Part shown: piece after piece, positions 35,878 through 46,009 of the stretch | Position numbering within the stretch: the first letter of the stretch is position 1 | How the letters are laid out: every line of letters starts with the position of its first letter | NCBI GenBank assembly: GCA_965644315.1 | Contig: CBFFRQ010000089.1 | Coordinates: forward strand, 186,001-250,000 | From: Caecitellus pseudoparvulus | Lineage: Eukaryota > Protista > Bigyra: Bicosoecida | DNA: 64,000 bases | Direction: 5' to 3' | Made by a program: the position numbers and the translations under genes | The notes under the pieces: generated by a model | What the model was told of the DNA's origin: nothing | The model's database searches: none | What the model saw: only the letters and a program-made list of their open reading frames with translations

Positions 35878-37797
35878 TCATTTGTGGGGCGCCTCCCCAC
35901 CCTCCTCAGCTGCGCCGCCACCCCCGGCAGCGGCTTGCCTAGCAGCTTGGTCCACCTGCCACTGAGTCAGCACTGCCACGACGTCCTGGTGGCCGCCCCG
36001 CTCCGCCCACTGGAGCAGCGTGGCGGGTTCACGACACGCATCCGAGGGCCGGCCGACCAGGTTCAAGTACGCCTGCAGCGCTTGGCACCCGTCCCTGCAC
36101 ACCGCCTCAAACAATGCCACGTGCCCTGTCGCCGCGGCAGCGCTCATCGCGTCACCCATGTGGCAGTCCGTCAGTCCCTGCCGGTCAAATTCATGACGCT
36201 GCCAAAGCTTCGCCTGCAGAGTGCGCACGGCGTGCAGCCTGCTGAGTGCACTGGCATGGGTTTTGTGGCAGACAGCGCCGGCGTTGGGCCGTGACGCCGC
36301 TGCGCGCAGCAGGCAGCGCCACTGCAGGGGCTGCAGCAGCTTCCGCAAAAAGCTGCGCCCTCGGCAGTTCACAGTCGCGGCCAGCATGGTCAGACTGCCC
36401 CGTAACAGAGATGCAGTCAACATGGGCAGCAGCGCTTTGCCCAGGAGCTTGCTGCACGCTGTTGAGTGTGCCTGGGCAGCGTCCACGATGGCAGCGGAAG
36501 TTGCTGCGTTGCCCGCACGCAGTGTCACTCGCAGCAGGCTTGCCGAGCGGTGGGCCAGGAAGCCAGCTTCAAACGGCGGACAGCACCACCCGAGTGCCTC
36601 TGAAAACCCTTCTTGTGCAAAGCACTCGGCCAGGAAGGCGTTGCTTCGCAGCTCAGCGGGGGGCGGGTTGGCCCGCAGCAACGTGCGAAACGCCGGCGCA
36701 GCCAGCGGAGCACGAGGGGGCCCCTGCGCAGGCGCACTGCCACACGGAGAGCTGCGCGAGCGGGCCCTGAAACGCAGCATGCGCTCACGCCTCTCCCAAT
36801 TCACCTGGCCCTGCGCCCGCTGCACGAGGAGGTATCGCAGCAGCTGGCGGTGCTCTGCTGCGTCGCTTCGCTGCAGCACGCCAGGCAGGGCGGTCGCCAG
36901 GCGCTGCAGGGGGGGGCAGTGGTGCAGGCCGCCTTTGAGTATGGCGCGTTGCAGGAGGAGGTCAGTCGGTAGCGTGTACATCTCCATGGAGCAGGAAGCT
37001 TGCAAGGCATATGGCAACTGCGGCAGAACCTGCTCCAGCTCCAGCTCGCGCACACTGCCCAGCACGGCAAGGGCGGCGACGGGGGATACTGGAAAGGTGC
37101 CCCTCTCACGGTCCCTTCGTGCAACTGAACCCACCCCTATCCGGCGCTTTACTGCTTTCTGGGCGCTGGCGATGCACTCCCTGCGGCTGACCTGATCGGT
37201 GAAGCCTCCTGCAATCATTTCCGCAACCATGCTGGCGCGTCCCACGGAAAGCATGTACTCCAACAACATACGGAACGCATGATAACTTTCCTCGAATGGT
37301 CCCCATCTCCCCGCAGCTCGCTTCATGACGCCAAGTGCCGGCGCCAGGTCACACGTGGCAAACCTCAGCTTGCTTGTGGAGCCAAAGCGCATGCTTTGCA
37401 GCATGTCCTCTCCCTTGTCCAACACCTCCGTGGGCAGGTGCAGCATGATGTAAGGGAGGGCTTCCGCCGCTCGCCCTTGGCCCTTTTGGAACAGCAGCCT
37501 CCAGAACTCCTCCGCAGACAGGTGGTAATTCGTGCGCGTGGCCCAGTCTTCCGGCGTGTTGGCTCGCAGCAGTGCCTGCACCAGCGGCAGCCCGTACGGC
37601 AAGGCCTCGGACAGGTGAGCCAGCAGGACACTGGGGGTGAAGGAGAACTTGCCCAGCATCTTCATGGCCCGGGTTGTTTTCCCCGCAAGGATGGCTTCGC
37701 GCAGTGCCTTGTCCACCACAGTCGCCTGGCAAGAAACGTCCTCGTGCCAGGCATAGTTTCCGTGCAGTGTGGGGTGCATGTCGCTGCAGCGATGCAT
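35878..37797 (-). CDS. Shorter paralogue of the 937-aa ankyrin-like protein; start codon uncertain
   Basis: Colinear blocks: ILKGGLHHCPPLQRL versus LLRGGLHHWRPLQRL, EEFWRLLF versus QTFWREAF, AMSAAAATGHVAL versus AVASAAATGNADAL, LLQWAERGGH versus LVWAAWGGH. Internal NWERRERMLRFR. Confidence 0.7.
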   Translation of the reverse strand: MHRCSDMHPTLHGNYAWHEDVSCQATVVDKALREAILAGKTTRAMKMLGKFSFTPSVLLAHLSEALPYGLPLVQALLRANTPEDWATRTNYHLSAEEFWRLLFQKGQGRAAEALPYIMLHLPTEVLDKGEDMLQSMRFGSTSKLRFATCDLAPALGVMKRAAGRWGPFEESYHAFRMLLEYMLSVGRASMVAEMIAGGFTDQVSRRECIASAQKAVKRRIGVGSVARRDRERGTFPVSPVAALAVLGSVRELELEQVLPQLPYALQASCSMEMYTLPTDLLLQRAILKGGLHHCPPLQRLATALPGVLQRSDAAEHRQLLRYLLVQRAQGQVNWERRERMLRFRARSRSSPCGSAPAQGPPRAPLAAPAFRTLLRANPPPAELRSNAFLAECFAQEGFSEALGWCCPPFEAGFLAHRSASLLRVTLRAGNAATSAAIVDAAQAHSTACSKLLGKALLPMLTASLLRGSLTMLAATVNCRGRSFLRKLLQPLQWRCLLRAAASRPNAGAVCHKTHASALSRLHAVRTLQAKLWQRHEFDRQGLTDCHMGDAMSAAAATGHVALFEAVCRDGCQALQAYLNLVGRPSDACREPATLLQWAERGGHQDVVAVLTQWQVDQAARQAAAGGGGAAEEGGEAPHK

Positions 37798-37871
37798 TGG
37801 GCACCGGACACACACACAGCCCTCGCTCAGGTGACGCGCTCCACTCGAGGAAGGAATTTGCCAGAGCGCTG

Positions 37872-39458
37872 TCAGTGGCTCGCCTGCACCCAGGAGGCGG
37901 TGGGGGTTGCTGCCTGCGTCCAGCTGCCCTTGGGCGCAGCAGCCCTGCCGCCGACGCCGCTGTCGGCGCCGAGAGAGGTCGACGCCGAGGGCATGTCGAA
38001 GAAGCTGAGGGAGTGCGGTTCGTCGTCGCTGGAGCTCTCCGTGATGTCTGACAGGCTGCCGCTGTCATCCCCCCAAGCGCCACCACCGCCCCCTGCGCCC
38101 GCCATGCTGGGGACAGACGCCCACACGGCGGCGAGGACGGCGCGGGAGGTGGCGCCACCGCCGCTGGGTGACTCCGGCAGACCAGTACGGACGGGTGTGT
38201 GCCCTGCCCCGCCCCCCTTGGCCGCGCCATGGGTGGCGAAGGCGGCTGGCAAGGCAGCCTCCATGCGTGCGAGGCTGGGGGCGGCGGGGCGGGGGGGAGT
38301 GCCTGTGGAGGCCAGTGACTCGCCGCCACCGCTGCTGGCCATGCTCGTGGAACGGCCTCGCGACCTTCCGGGCAGTGGCGCCAGCACCGCCCCCCCCCTG
38401 CGCTGTGCACTGCGCTCGCTGTGCACGCTGGCCAGCCCCTCCGAGCTCAGCGCAGAGGCGGAGCTGGAGCCGTGCAGGGCAGCGGAAGCGGCGTGCGAGG
38501 GGGGGTGTTGTTGAGGGGGGTGGGCGTGGCTTTCTTCCCGCGCCACGGCCCAGGGCATGACGAGCCCCTCGCCCTTGGCTGTGCCGGGCAGCGCGTGCAC
38601 TGCGGAAATGTGTGACGCGTCCGACACGCTGCGAATCTCACGAGGCGGCGAGGCGGCGCGGCGGCGAGGGGGAGGGGCGCCCTCCAGCGCAGACTGAATG
38701 GCACGTGCTGTTGCCTTCTGGTGGGACTTGAAGTGGGGCGGCGGGTGGAAGGGCCCTTGCAGCGCGTACTGCAGGGGCGTGCGCCCACCCGCCGTGGCAC
38801 GTGGGTCTGCGCCGCGCTGCAGCAACAGCTCTGCGCCGTCCGCCACACCGCCCCGCGCGAGGATGTGCAGGGCTGTGGGCGCGTCATGGCTGCCGTCTGT
38901 CGCATTCACGTCTGCCCCTGCGTCCAGCAGCACGCGCAGCATGTCCAGCGCAGCCTCCGTGCGGTCTGGGCCGATGCCCCGCAACTTCCACTCCAGCGCG
39001 ACGCAGGCATGCCACGCCATGCAGGTGAGGGGCGTCGCAGGGGCGTTGGGATTCTTGTACACGCCGTGCACATCTGCGCCTGCTTCGATCAGCTCCGTCA
39101 GAATGGCGGCTGAGCCCGTGTGCCGGCACGCTGCCATGAGAGGGGGCATGGGCCCACGCCCGTCAGCGCCGCCTTTGTCCAGGGCATGCACGTCCGCGCC
39201 CTTCACCAGCAGCTGTGAGACGACTTTGGACCACTCGTACCCGCCAACCCAGCGGTGCAGGGGCGTGCGGCCGTCCCCAACGGCGCCGTTCACCGCTGCG
39301 CCGTGGGCAATGAGTGCCAACGCTGCTTCAGGTGCAGGGCACAGTACCAGGAACTTGGGGCTGTCCAAGTTGACCCCCGTGCCGCACAGGCGGTTCACGG
39401 CCGCCACATCGTTGCGTTGGATGGCTGACTTCAAGGCTGTGCTGCAGCAGGCCCCCAT
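37872..39458 (-). CDS. Canonical ankyrin-repeat protein with predicted N-myristoylation/palmitoylation and disordered C-terminus
   Basis: ATG at 39458 gives MGACCS. Repeats GRTPLHRW, LLVKGADVHA, LLDAGADVNA, PTALHILA and GRTPLQYA. Confidence 0.85.
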   Translation of the reverse strand: MGACCSTALKSAIQRNDVAAVNRLCGTGVNLDSPKFLVLCPAPEAALALIAHGAAVNGAVGDGRTPLHRWVGGYEWSKVVSQLLVKGADVHALDKGGADGRGPMPPLMAACRHTGSAAILTELIEAGADVHGVYKNPNAPATPLTCMAWHACVALEWKLRGIGPDRTEAALDMLRVLLDAGADVNATDGSHDAPTALHILARGGVADGAELLLQRGADPRATAGGRTPLQYALQGPFHPPPHFKSHQKATARAIQSALEGAPPPRRRAASPPREIRSVSDASHISAVHALPGTAKGEGLVMPWAVAREESHAHPPQQHPPSHAASAALHGSSSASALSSEGLASVHSERSAQRRGGAVLAPLPGRSRGRSTSMASSGGGESLASTGTPPRPAAPSLARMEAALPAAFATHGAAKGGGAGHTPVRTGLPESPSGGGATSRAVLAAVWASVPSMAGAGGGGGAWGDDSGSLSDITESSSDDEPHSLSFFDMPSASTSLGADSGVGGRAAAPKGSWTQAATPTASWVQASH

Positions 39459-40228
39459 GGTGGCTGCAGGGCGCTGTCGTCGGATGGTATGCCGCTGCCA
39501 CGCTGGCAAGCAAGCGCTAGCAGATCTCCGGGTCTGCGCACACGCTCCAGGCGTTGGCGCGGTGCTCGAGCTGCGCAAGTAGGGACAGGGAGCAGATTGA
39601 AAGGCGGTGAAGATGGTTGAGAGCGCGCAGCGGCCCCCACACCGCCCGGGCATGATGGAACGGCGATCGAGCCCTGAGCGCTCATCCGAAGCACTGCCTG
39701 CACGCCCAACGCTGTGCGCAGCGACGTGGGTGAGAGAGAGGATTCACGTACGGTTTAAAGTGTCTCAGAAGGCCCAAGATGGCATGTGGTGTCGCCAGCG
39801 GTGGGGAGGTTTTCGTTTAGCCGGCGGGCGCGGCTTGCGCTGGGCTGAGCCGCTTTGCCGAGCAGCTGGCAGCGTCGGCGTGCCCACCCTTGAAGGTGCC
39901 AGAGCTCGCGCAGCGACGCCAAAGCCAAGCAAGGGGGCATGGTGAACCCGAGCAGGACAGTGAAGTTCCCCGGGGCGGCTCAGCCCGCCAGCGCTGGGCG
40001 CCAGGCTGCTCGCTCGCAGACGGAGTAGCTTGAGGCGCGGTTCGGTTGGGCAGCTGTGACGCCAGCTGCCCTTCCCGCGCTAGCAAACGATGCTTAGCGG
40101 CATGGAAACGGGGGCAAAGCATGCATGCGAGTCTGGACCACACTGGCCTTCCGTAGCACACGCGTTTCACCCGCTTGAGCGGGCGCTGGGGCAGCCTTTG
40201 CGCTGGAAGGGTGCGATGTCGTGTGCAA

Positions 40229-40274
40229 CCTTGACCCCCTTGACCCCCCCTTGACCCCCCCTTGACCCCCCTTG
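40229..40274 (-). repeat. Four-copy (G5-7 TCAA) microrepeat, potential G-quadruplex
   Basis: Plus strand CCTTGACCCCCTTGACCCCCCCTTGACCCCCCCTTGACCCCCCTTG, in a divergent intergenic region. Confidence 0.7.
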
Positions 40275-40581
40275 TGCGAGGCAGCGAGCGGCTCCTCTTT
40301 GCTCTGTTCACGCTGCTCTCCCGCTTGCCCCGCGCAGGGACGGTGCTGTAACACATTTTCAACCACACACACTCTTCCCGACACAGGGCCACACGAACCT
40401 CCTGGCCCCTCCCGGCATTTCATTGCTCGCAGTCGTTCACTCGCGGTGCCTGTCAAGTGCAGGCAGCTGGCAGCAGCCTCTCGCGACGCACAGCATCGCT
40501 CAGCTGCGACGCGCGCGTGCTCGCGGCACAAGGGACACACACGCGACACCCTGGGCTCCAGGGAGCCCCTGTTTACCTGCC

Positions 40582-43562
40582 ATGCAAGGCCTGAGTCTTC
40601 CTGTGGACGATTCCAGCCCGCGCGGGCACCCGCTGCCTCGCCATGCCGATCTCAACTGTGAAGGTACGCGGCGTGTCAGCCAATGCAGGCAGCTCCCGAG
40701 GGGACAGGCTGCCAAAGGAACCAGCAGCACAAGGCTTTGCCCCTCACATGCCCGGCACTCACCCTCGCCTCTCGGTGTGTGCAGGGGGCGTGCTGCAGCA
40801 AGGCGGGCAGGGCAGCGTTTCGCTGGGCCGCTGGCGAGGCGAGCCAGTGGCGGTGAAGGCCATTGCGCCAGGGCTGAACAGCGCTGTGCGGGCAGAAAGG
40901 GCAGCAGTGAGTGCAAGCCATGGAGTTGCAGCGGCTGGGCTGGGGCTGCGTGCGCTGCAGCTGCGCGCACTGCGCCGCCTCGCCTCCTCGCGCAGATGGA
41001 GCGTCTGCAAAACCAGCACGTGCACATCGTGCGCTACATGGCGTATGTGGGGGACGCCAAGGGTGCCCGGGCATTCCTGCAGGGTGTGGGTGCCGGGGAC
41101 TTGCATGACTTCATCGCCCACACCCCAGCCAGACGGTGAGTGAGCGCACAGTGGGAGCGAGGTAGCCTCGCCTCGGAAGCCGGGCGCGTGAGAAAGCTCT
41201 CCTTGAGCTGATGGGCGCCACAGCACGCCGGCACTGGCACGCCCCACAACTACGCGCAGGTTGGGTGAAGTTCCAGGAACTCGAGAATGGGCGCTGCAGC
41301 TGGCGCACGCGCTGCGGTTCTGCCACGGGCAAGGCGTTGCGCACCGTGATGGTACGTTTCATCTGGCGAAGCCTCAGATTCAGCTGCTTCGCGTCACGTC
41401 ACGCGCCGCACCCAGCCCCCCACACGCCCACGCCCGCCCGCCCGCTCGCAGTGAAGCCTGAGAATGTCTTGCTCCTGCCCCATGGTGGCTTCTCCGTGCC
41501 AAACCAGGGCCCTGGCTCGGTCACAGCTGCCCACCGCGCAGCGGGCAAGGCGTTGTTGGAAGCGGCGGCGTCGCTGCCCGACCCCGTCCTGAGCGCCCCC
41601 GCCCCCGCCATGCACAACTACATGGTGCAGCTGTGCGACTTCGGAGCTGCCCTGGTCGTGCAGCCCTCCGCCACTGAGCCAGCCTTGGGCATCACGCCGC
41701 GTGGCTCCACCATGTACGCCTGCCCGCAAGTCGTCGCAGCGCACACACAGCGCCAGCACCCCGACCTGTCTGCGAAGCTGTGGCCCACCGACAGCGCCGC
41801 CAGCGCCGCGTTGGGGGATGGCTACGACGCCTACGGTGCTGACGTGTGGAGCTACGGCGTGTCGCTGTTCCGGGCCGTCACGGGGCGCCTGCCGTTTCGC
41901 TTGGCTTGCTCGTCCAGCGGCACCTTCCGCGCCTTCGTCATCAGCACACAGCCCCACGTGCGGCACGACGCGGTGGTGGCGCCCCACGCAGACATCTGGG
42001 CCAAGGACGAGGAGTTCATTCGGGCGGGGGGCGACGCTTCCTGGGCCTGGCCGTCCCTGCTGTCTCCCGCCCTCGTGCACCTGCTGCGGGGCTGCCTGGC
42101 CGTCCGTGAGTCGGAGCGGTTCACCATGGGGCAGGTGTTGGAACACCCCTGGTTCACGCGGCCGCACTGGGTGCCGCCCGCCGCCCCCGTCATCGCCACG
42201 CCCCGCCTCCCCGTGTCCCCGCGCCTGCAGGGGGCTGTCCCCCCTCTGCAACCCCCCAGCGGTGCCGACGCCCAAACACTGCGCCCCCTGCCGTCGGACC
42301 CCACGACAGGCAGCGCCTGCAGTGTCAGTGGCACAGATGTCAGCACTGCGACCTTCAGCGCAGGGCCGCCAGGGGGAGCCGCCGGCGGCCGCGTCTCCAG
42401 CACGCCCACCACCACCGTCACACTGGCCCCGCTGGGCAGCAGCGGGGCACAACGCAGGCCGCAGGAGGCAGCGCCCCACAGCCCTGCACAGGACCACATC
42501 AAGCCGCCTGTCCTGGCCAGCGGCCGTCGTGAGGGGGGTGCAGAGGTGGAGGCGGAGGCGGAGGTGGACGCAGGGTTCATCGTTGGCCCCAGCTCCGCCC
42601 GGCAAGGGGTGTGTGGGGGGGGTGACACGGGGGGGGGACACAGCAGCCGCAGCAGCTGCGCGCCACCCCCCTCCACCGCCCCCCCCAGCGGCACAGACGC
42701 CTCCACCGCCACTCATGCCGGCAGTGAGTACCCAGTCAGCCCCACGGGACCCCCCCCCCCTGTCCTGGCTGGGGGCCCCTCCGGCGAGGGGTCCATGACC
42801 GGCGGCGGCCTGCCCTCCATCCTGTCCAGTCGCACGGGGTCCGGCCGCGTCCCCTGCACCTCCCGTGCCGCGATGAGCCTGTCCCACCGCGCAGTGGCCA
42901 TGCCCAGCCAGTCCGGCCGCGCGGGGACCGCCCGGCAGTTCCCAGCCACGCCCCACGGCGCCAAACGGGCGGCGTTTTTCCCAGACGAGGATGCGGCGGG
43001 TGGCCCCACTAGCCCCCCTGGCACCCCCAGTGCCCGGCAGGGCGAGGGTCACGAGAGCGCCTCCAGTCGGCGGGACGGCTCGGTGGCCAGTGTGGCGAGT
43101 GGGCGGGGCGGGGCGCGTATTACGCTGGGCGCCAGCGCACCCCCTGACCCCTCCGCCCGCCTGCGCCTGCACCCCCTCTCGCCAGGCGGCAGTAACAGCG
43201 TCGTGTGCGGAGGAGGCGGTGTGAGTGCACTGCAGGGCGCCGCCAGGAGCGCCCTCGTGCCGCTGCTCATGCCAGCCTCAGCCCTGCGCCGCACACGAGG
43301 CAAGGCCCACCGGCAGCAGGGACCCCGGCTGGAGACAGTGCCGAGTGGGCACAGTGTGGGGGGAGGGGGCGACACCAGTGGGCGCAGCACATGCCGCGCG
43401 CCACGGGGCAGCGCACGTGACGCGCCAGTGATGGCGCAGCCGGCGCCTGATGCCACGCTGACGTCCCAGGGTCAGCCCACTACCCCAGCTTCGCAGGTGG
43501 CAGGGGCAGGCACGGCCATAACTGGCGCCAGCCCTGGAACTGTGAAGCTCCCTGCCCTGTAA
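40582..43562 (+). CDS. Ser/Thr protein kinase (CAMK-like), tandem paralogue 1
   Basis: Predicted introns 40664-40784, 40907-40995, 41136-41259 and 41352-41451. The spliced protein has QGGQGSV, VAVK, HRD/VKPEN, LCDFG, GSTMYACPQ, DVWSYG and HPWF, followed by a long disordered tail. Confidence 0.85.
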
Positions 43563-43904
43563 CGGGCGTCGTGACTCGTATCGGTGCCGCCCAGACGGCA
43601 ATGCATTGCCTGCTTGTGCTGCGCGCTGGCGCGTTTCGCGGTGCGTGAGGGGCCCCCTCGGTGACGCCCGGCTGACGGGGCGATTTGCGCCACCAGGCAC
43701 CGCAAAAGCCCGCGCATTACAAACCCAACAACCACAGAAACACGTCAAAAGTACATGTGCATGCAAGGACTGCTGCCCAGATTACCCTCCTGAGCTGAGG
43801 CGACGCACTGTGTGCGCCCCCGCCCGAAGCCGAGCCGAGCACCAGCTGAGCCCTGCCCAGACCGGCACGAATCTGCGCACTGCAACGAGGCGTCACCCTC
43901 CGCC

Positions 43905-46009
43905 ATGGAACACCAGACCGCCATTGCAGACAGGACACAGGCACTGAAAGGTGAGACTGAGCCTGTTCGTGCCGCCTGTGCGTGGCTGGGTGCGCACCAG
44001 AGCGCCCCAGAGTGGCGGGAGCAGGCAAATGTCAAGCGAAGGCAGGCTCAGCGAAACACGCTGTGCGCTCGCCGAGCTTGTGTCCGCGGACGAGCCTTGG
44101 CAGGCACACCGCCGCATGCCGGAATTGTCCCCCCCCCCTCACCTGTGTCCCCTCTCCCTCTGTCGCGCAGAGGAGCCCGGCTTTCTGCAAGCTGGCGGCC
44201 AGGGCGTCGTGCACGTGGTGACAAGAGGCACTGGTCACAAGCCCCTAGCCCGCAAACGCATCCCAGCTCACCGCCGACGAGTGGCTGAAGCCGAGTATGC
44301 AGCTGTGAGTGTCCCTATTGCGTGAACTGTGCGCTGGGCGGCCCGTGGCGCGGCGCCGAGCATTGCGCCAAGAAGCTTCGATGGGCACAGTATTCTCCTC
44401 ACACCGCACAGTGCCTGCGGCTGGGGACGGTGCCCCACGCCCACGTGACGCGCCTCGTGGACGCATATGTGGATGACGAGGGAGAGTCGTCCCTGTTCTT
44501 TGAGCTGGGCCTGGTGGACGTGCATGCAGTGCTGGACTGTGTGCCAAAGAAGGGGTGAGCTATGCCCAGCGCGAGCGGCTGTGGCCATTTGCGGCGTGCT
44601 TGAGGCAGGCGCCCCACACTGCCCACACGCCCTCCCCGCGCAGGACCCGAGAGCACTCCTTTGCCCGAGAGTGGATGCTGCAAGTTGCCCACGCGCTGGG
44701 GCACTGCCACTCCCTGGGGGTGGCGCACAGAGACTGTGAGTGCACCCGAACAGCTGGCCGTGCCGGTGATTTGCCTGCCTACAGTGCGCTCGCCACACTC
44801 ACAGCGTCAGCACCCACGGCAATCGCCCACCGCCATTCCTTTGCAGTGAAACCCGAGAATATCCTGGTGTTCCCCATGCACCGCCCCGGCGCGGCTGCCA
44901 CGCCCCAGGGCAAAGAGCCGCTTGTGGCCGCGTTGCAGCAGGTGGCGGCAGGGGGCGCCGCCGCGAAAGCTGGCACGCAGACCCTGCATGGGTACCTGCT
45001 GAAACTGTGCGACTTTGGCTCTGCTCTCGTGGCGCCTGAGGGCCACGTGGGCCCCATCCAGGGCCACTCAGCCCGCGGCTCCGCCATGTATGCTTGCCCA
45101 CAGGTGTGTGCGCTGCACATCGGCTCGAGGCGACCTGAGCTCGCGCAGCGCTTCTGGACGCCTTCCTTCTTGAACAAGATGTCCAGTGATGGGTACGATG
45201 CCGCCGCAGCCGACGTGTGGAGCTGGGGCGTGACTGTGTTCACCCTGGTGGCGGGGCACCTGCCTTTCCGCACAGCCAGTCCGGACAGCAGCACTTACCG
45301 CGCATTCGTCCTGGCCACACAGCCCGAGGTGGTGGATGACGCCCTCATGGCGCCTGGCTGCAGTGAATGGCAGCTGACACACTCTGCCATGGCAGCCGGC
45401 AGCTCCCGCCTCGCTGCCAGTGAATGGTCCTGGCCAGCCGCCTTCTCCCCCGCTCTGCGGCACTTGCTGGGGCGCTGCTTGCGCGTGCGGGAGGGCGAGC
45501 GCTGGACCACGGAGGACATCAAGAGCCACCCCTGGTTCGCGAACCCGCGCTGGAAGCCCAGCCCCGTCGCGCCCCTGACGCTGCCCACCAGCCCTCCCCG
45601 CCTGGCCATCTTGGCAGGAGGCCCCTCCTCCAGCACACCCACGACTCAGACCACGTCCGGGCACCCCACCAGCGCAGCCTCCGGGGCAGGGGGCGGCATG
45701 TGGTCCGCTGCTCCCTCCTTCCAGGGCGCGGCAGACAGACTGGCTGCCCCCCTAAGCCAGAGTAACACCGCCTCCACCGCCTCCAGCCATGACCAGCACG
45801 GCAGTCGGCTGGCGTCAGGCCACAATGCGGCCGGCACCGCCCCTGCTCAGCAGTTGCCCGCTATCTCCTCCACAGAGCCGTGGGTCACGGCGGCGCCTGG
45901 GCGGGCGGGCGGCATCGGCGCCTGCTGTGACGCATCTCTGCGCTGGCCGGGCCAGCCAGCCGCCCCGGGTGTGCTGGTCAAGCAGCAAGCTGTGGGCGTG
46001 ATGGGTTGA
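43905..46009 (+). CDS. Ser/Thr protein kinase, tandem paralogue 2
   Basis: Predicted introns 43951-44170, 44305-44411, 44555-44643 and 44736-44846. Motifs AGGQGVV, LARK, HRD/LKPEN, LCDFG, GSAMYACPQ, DVWSWG and HPWF. Confidence 0.85.

Noticed and set aside
37780-37890. Splice fusion of the acylated ankyrin gene to the downstream ~640-aa gene
   Set aside because: The candidate donors are phase 0 and the candidate acceptor needs phase 2, so the join is out of frame.
40229-40274. Interstitial telomeric repeat
   Set aside because: Only four units with variable G-run length, and no match to a telomere unit I can recognise.
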